Source: an uncultured Eubacteriales bacterium (lineage in GTDB: Bacteria > Bacillota > Clostridia > Peptostreptococcales > Anaerovoracaceae). From it: DNA of 47,168 nucleotides. The DNA lies in contig CADBFL010000001.1 in the NCBI GenBank assembly GCA_902793875.1, positions 1 through 47,168 of the forward strand. The letters are read 5' to 3'. The translations under genes and the position numbers were made by a program. Within the stretch, counting starts at the first letter, position 1. The number at the start of each line of letters is the position of its first letter. Shown in pieces: positions 46,734 to 47,168 of this stretch. The notes beneath the pieces are model-generated. The model worked only from the letters and a program-made list of their open reading frames with translations, was not told the DNA's origin and searched no databases.

Positions 46734-46985
46734 ATGAAAGATAAGAAACCTGAGAGCGCGGAAGAGACGAAGCTCCTGGAGCCGGATGATCTCGAATCGA
46801 TATCGGGCGGACTGCCGCCCATGGAAATGCTTACTGCAGAAGAACGCGAACGCTATTTTCATCTGAAGAACTGGTCGCTGGAAATCATGAAACATTCACC
46901 TATTCCGGCGGAAAGAATCTCTGCAGGGCAGCAATATTCGGATTATGTAAGGTTTCTGGAGAATAAGTACGGAAAAGCTAAATAA
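46734..46985 (+). CDS. Small secreted-peptide precursor candidate with a double-glycine (GG) leader
   Basis: 83 aa with GGAGGA 7 nt upstream. The N-terminal 26 aa end in LLEPDDLESISGG, which matches the GG-leader consensus positions L-12, acidic -8, L-7, I-4, G-2 and G-1. A terminator follows. Confidence 0.6.
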   Translation: MKDKKPESAEETKLLEPDDLESISGGLPPMEMLTAEERERYFHLKNWSLEIMKHSPIPAERISAGQQYSDYVRFLENKYGKAK

Positions 46986-47037
46986 AAACAGTCCGTGCAG
47001 GACATAGGGGCAGAAGCATGTACAGCAAATCTGTATC

Positions 47038-47069
47038 AGCCGGCAGACCGCGCTGCCGGCTGTTTTTTT
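47038..47069 (+). terminator. Intrinsic terminator after the GG-leader peptide gene
   Basis: AGCCGGCAG-ACCGCG-CTGCCGGCT followed by GTTTTTTT. Confidence 0.8.
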
Positions 47070-47126
47070 GTCCGCTTCCCGACGTCTGCAGATTCTTGAA
47101 TCGGTCGTTTATTCAGGGTTTTTTTA

Positions 47127-47135
47127 TGTTATAAT
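47127..47135 (+). promoter_or_regulatory. Possible extended -10 promoter reading out of the window
   Basis: TGTTATAAT (TG-N-TATAAT) with a weak -35 region. The downstream sequence is cut by the window end. Confidence 0.35.
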
Positions 47136-47168
47136 GTTCCCGTTGAATATAACGGCGTTGCCGTAATG

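Overview
47.2-kb chromosomal segment, coded almost entirely on the plus strand, from a moderately GC-rich Gram-positive-type anaerobe. Gene content and order look Clostridia-like, but the taxon cannot be fixed from this sequence alone. Gene content in order: tRNA-Arg(CCG) and gpsA (minus strand); a YcxB-like membrane protein; the metNIQ methionine importer; an Asp/Glu-racemase-family gene; a 2,132-aa protein with BspA-type LRRs and 23 MBG-like repeats; CNNM/TlyC; secA; a short lemA plus DUF2207; an SGNH hydrolase; a HAD phosphatase; prfB with the canonical programmed +1 frameshift, which the ORF track misses; a lipoprotein; addB with no adjacent addA; a YycJ-like MBL hydrolase plus rlmH; a 7-gene V-type ATPase operon (E-DUF2764-A-B-D-I-K); an orphan 336-aa minus-strand protein; a phosphohexomutase; sortase B; a phosphoribosyltransferase; livJHMGF; and a small gene with a double-glycine leader. 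I see no transposase, integrase, CRISPR array, rRNA or recognisable defence genes. The most unusual observations are these. (1) Both amino-acid importer operons are preceded by a promoter, a mini-ORF rich in the cognate amino acid and a hairpin: 9 Met in 21 codons before metNIQ, and 14 Ile/Val/Leu in 31 codons before liv. This is a leader-peptide attenuator layout where S-box or T-box elements would be expected. (2) A 10-unit tandem array with an exact 63-bp period lies between the SGNH and HAD genes. Each unit carries a hairpin, and the two unit subfamilies differ by compensatory stem substitutions. (3) A roughly 700-bp ORF-poor region between two convergent terminators (36.07-36.75 kb) is built from three consecutive blocks of short TGTA-containing repeats; two blocks hold 7 copies each in strictly alternating orientation. 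(4) The giant repeat protein has extracellular-type domains but no signal peptide or anchor. (5) A GG-leader peptide gene has no visible transporter before the window ends. All functional readings of the non-coding repeats are hypotheses that need folding, covariation or transcriptome tests.
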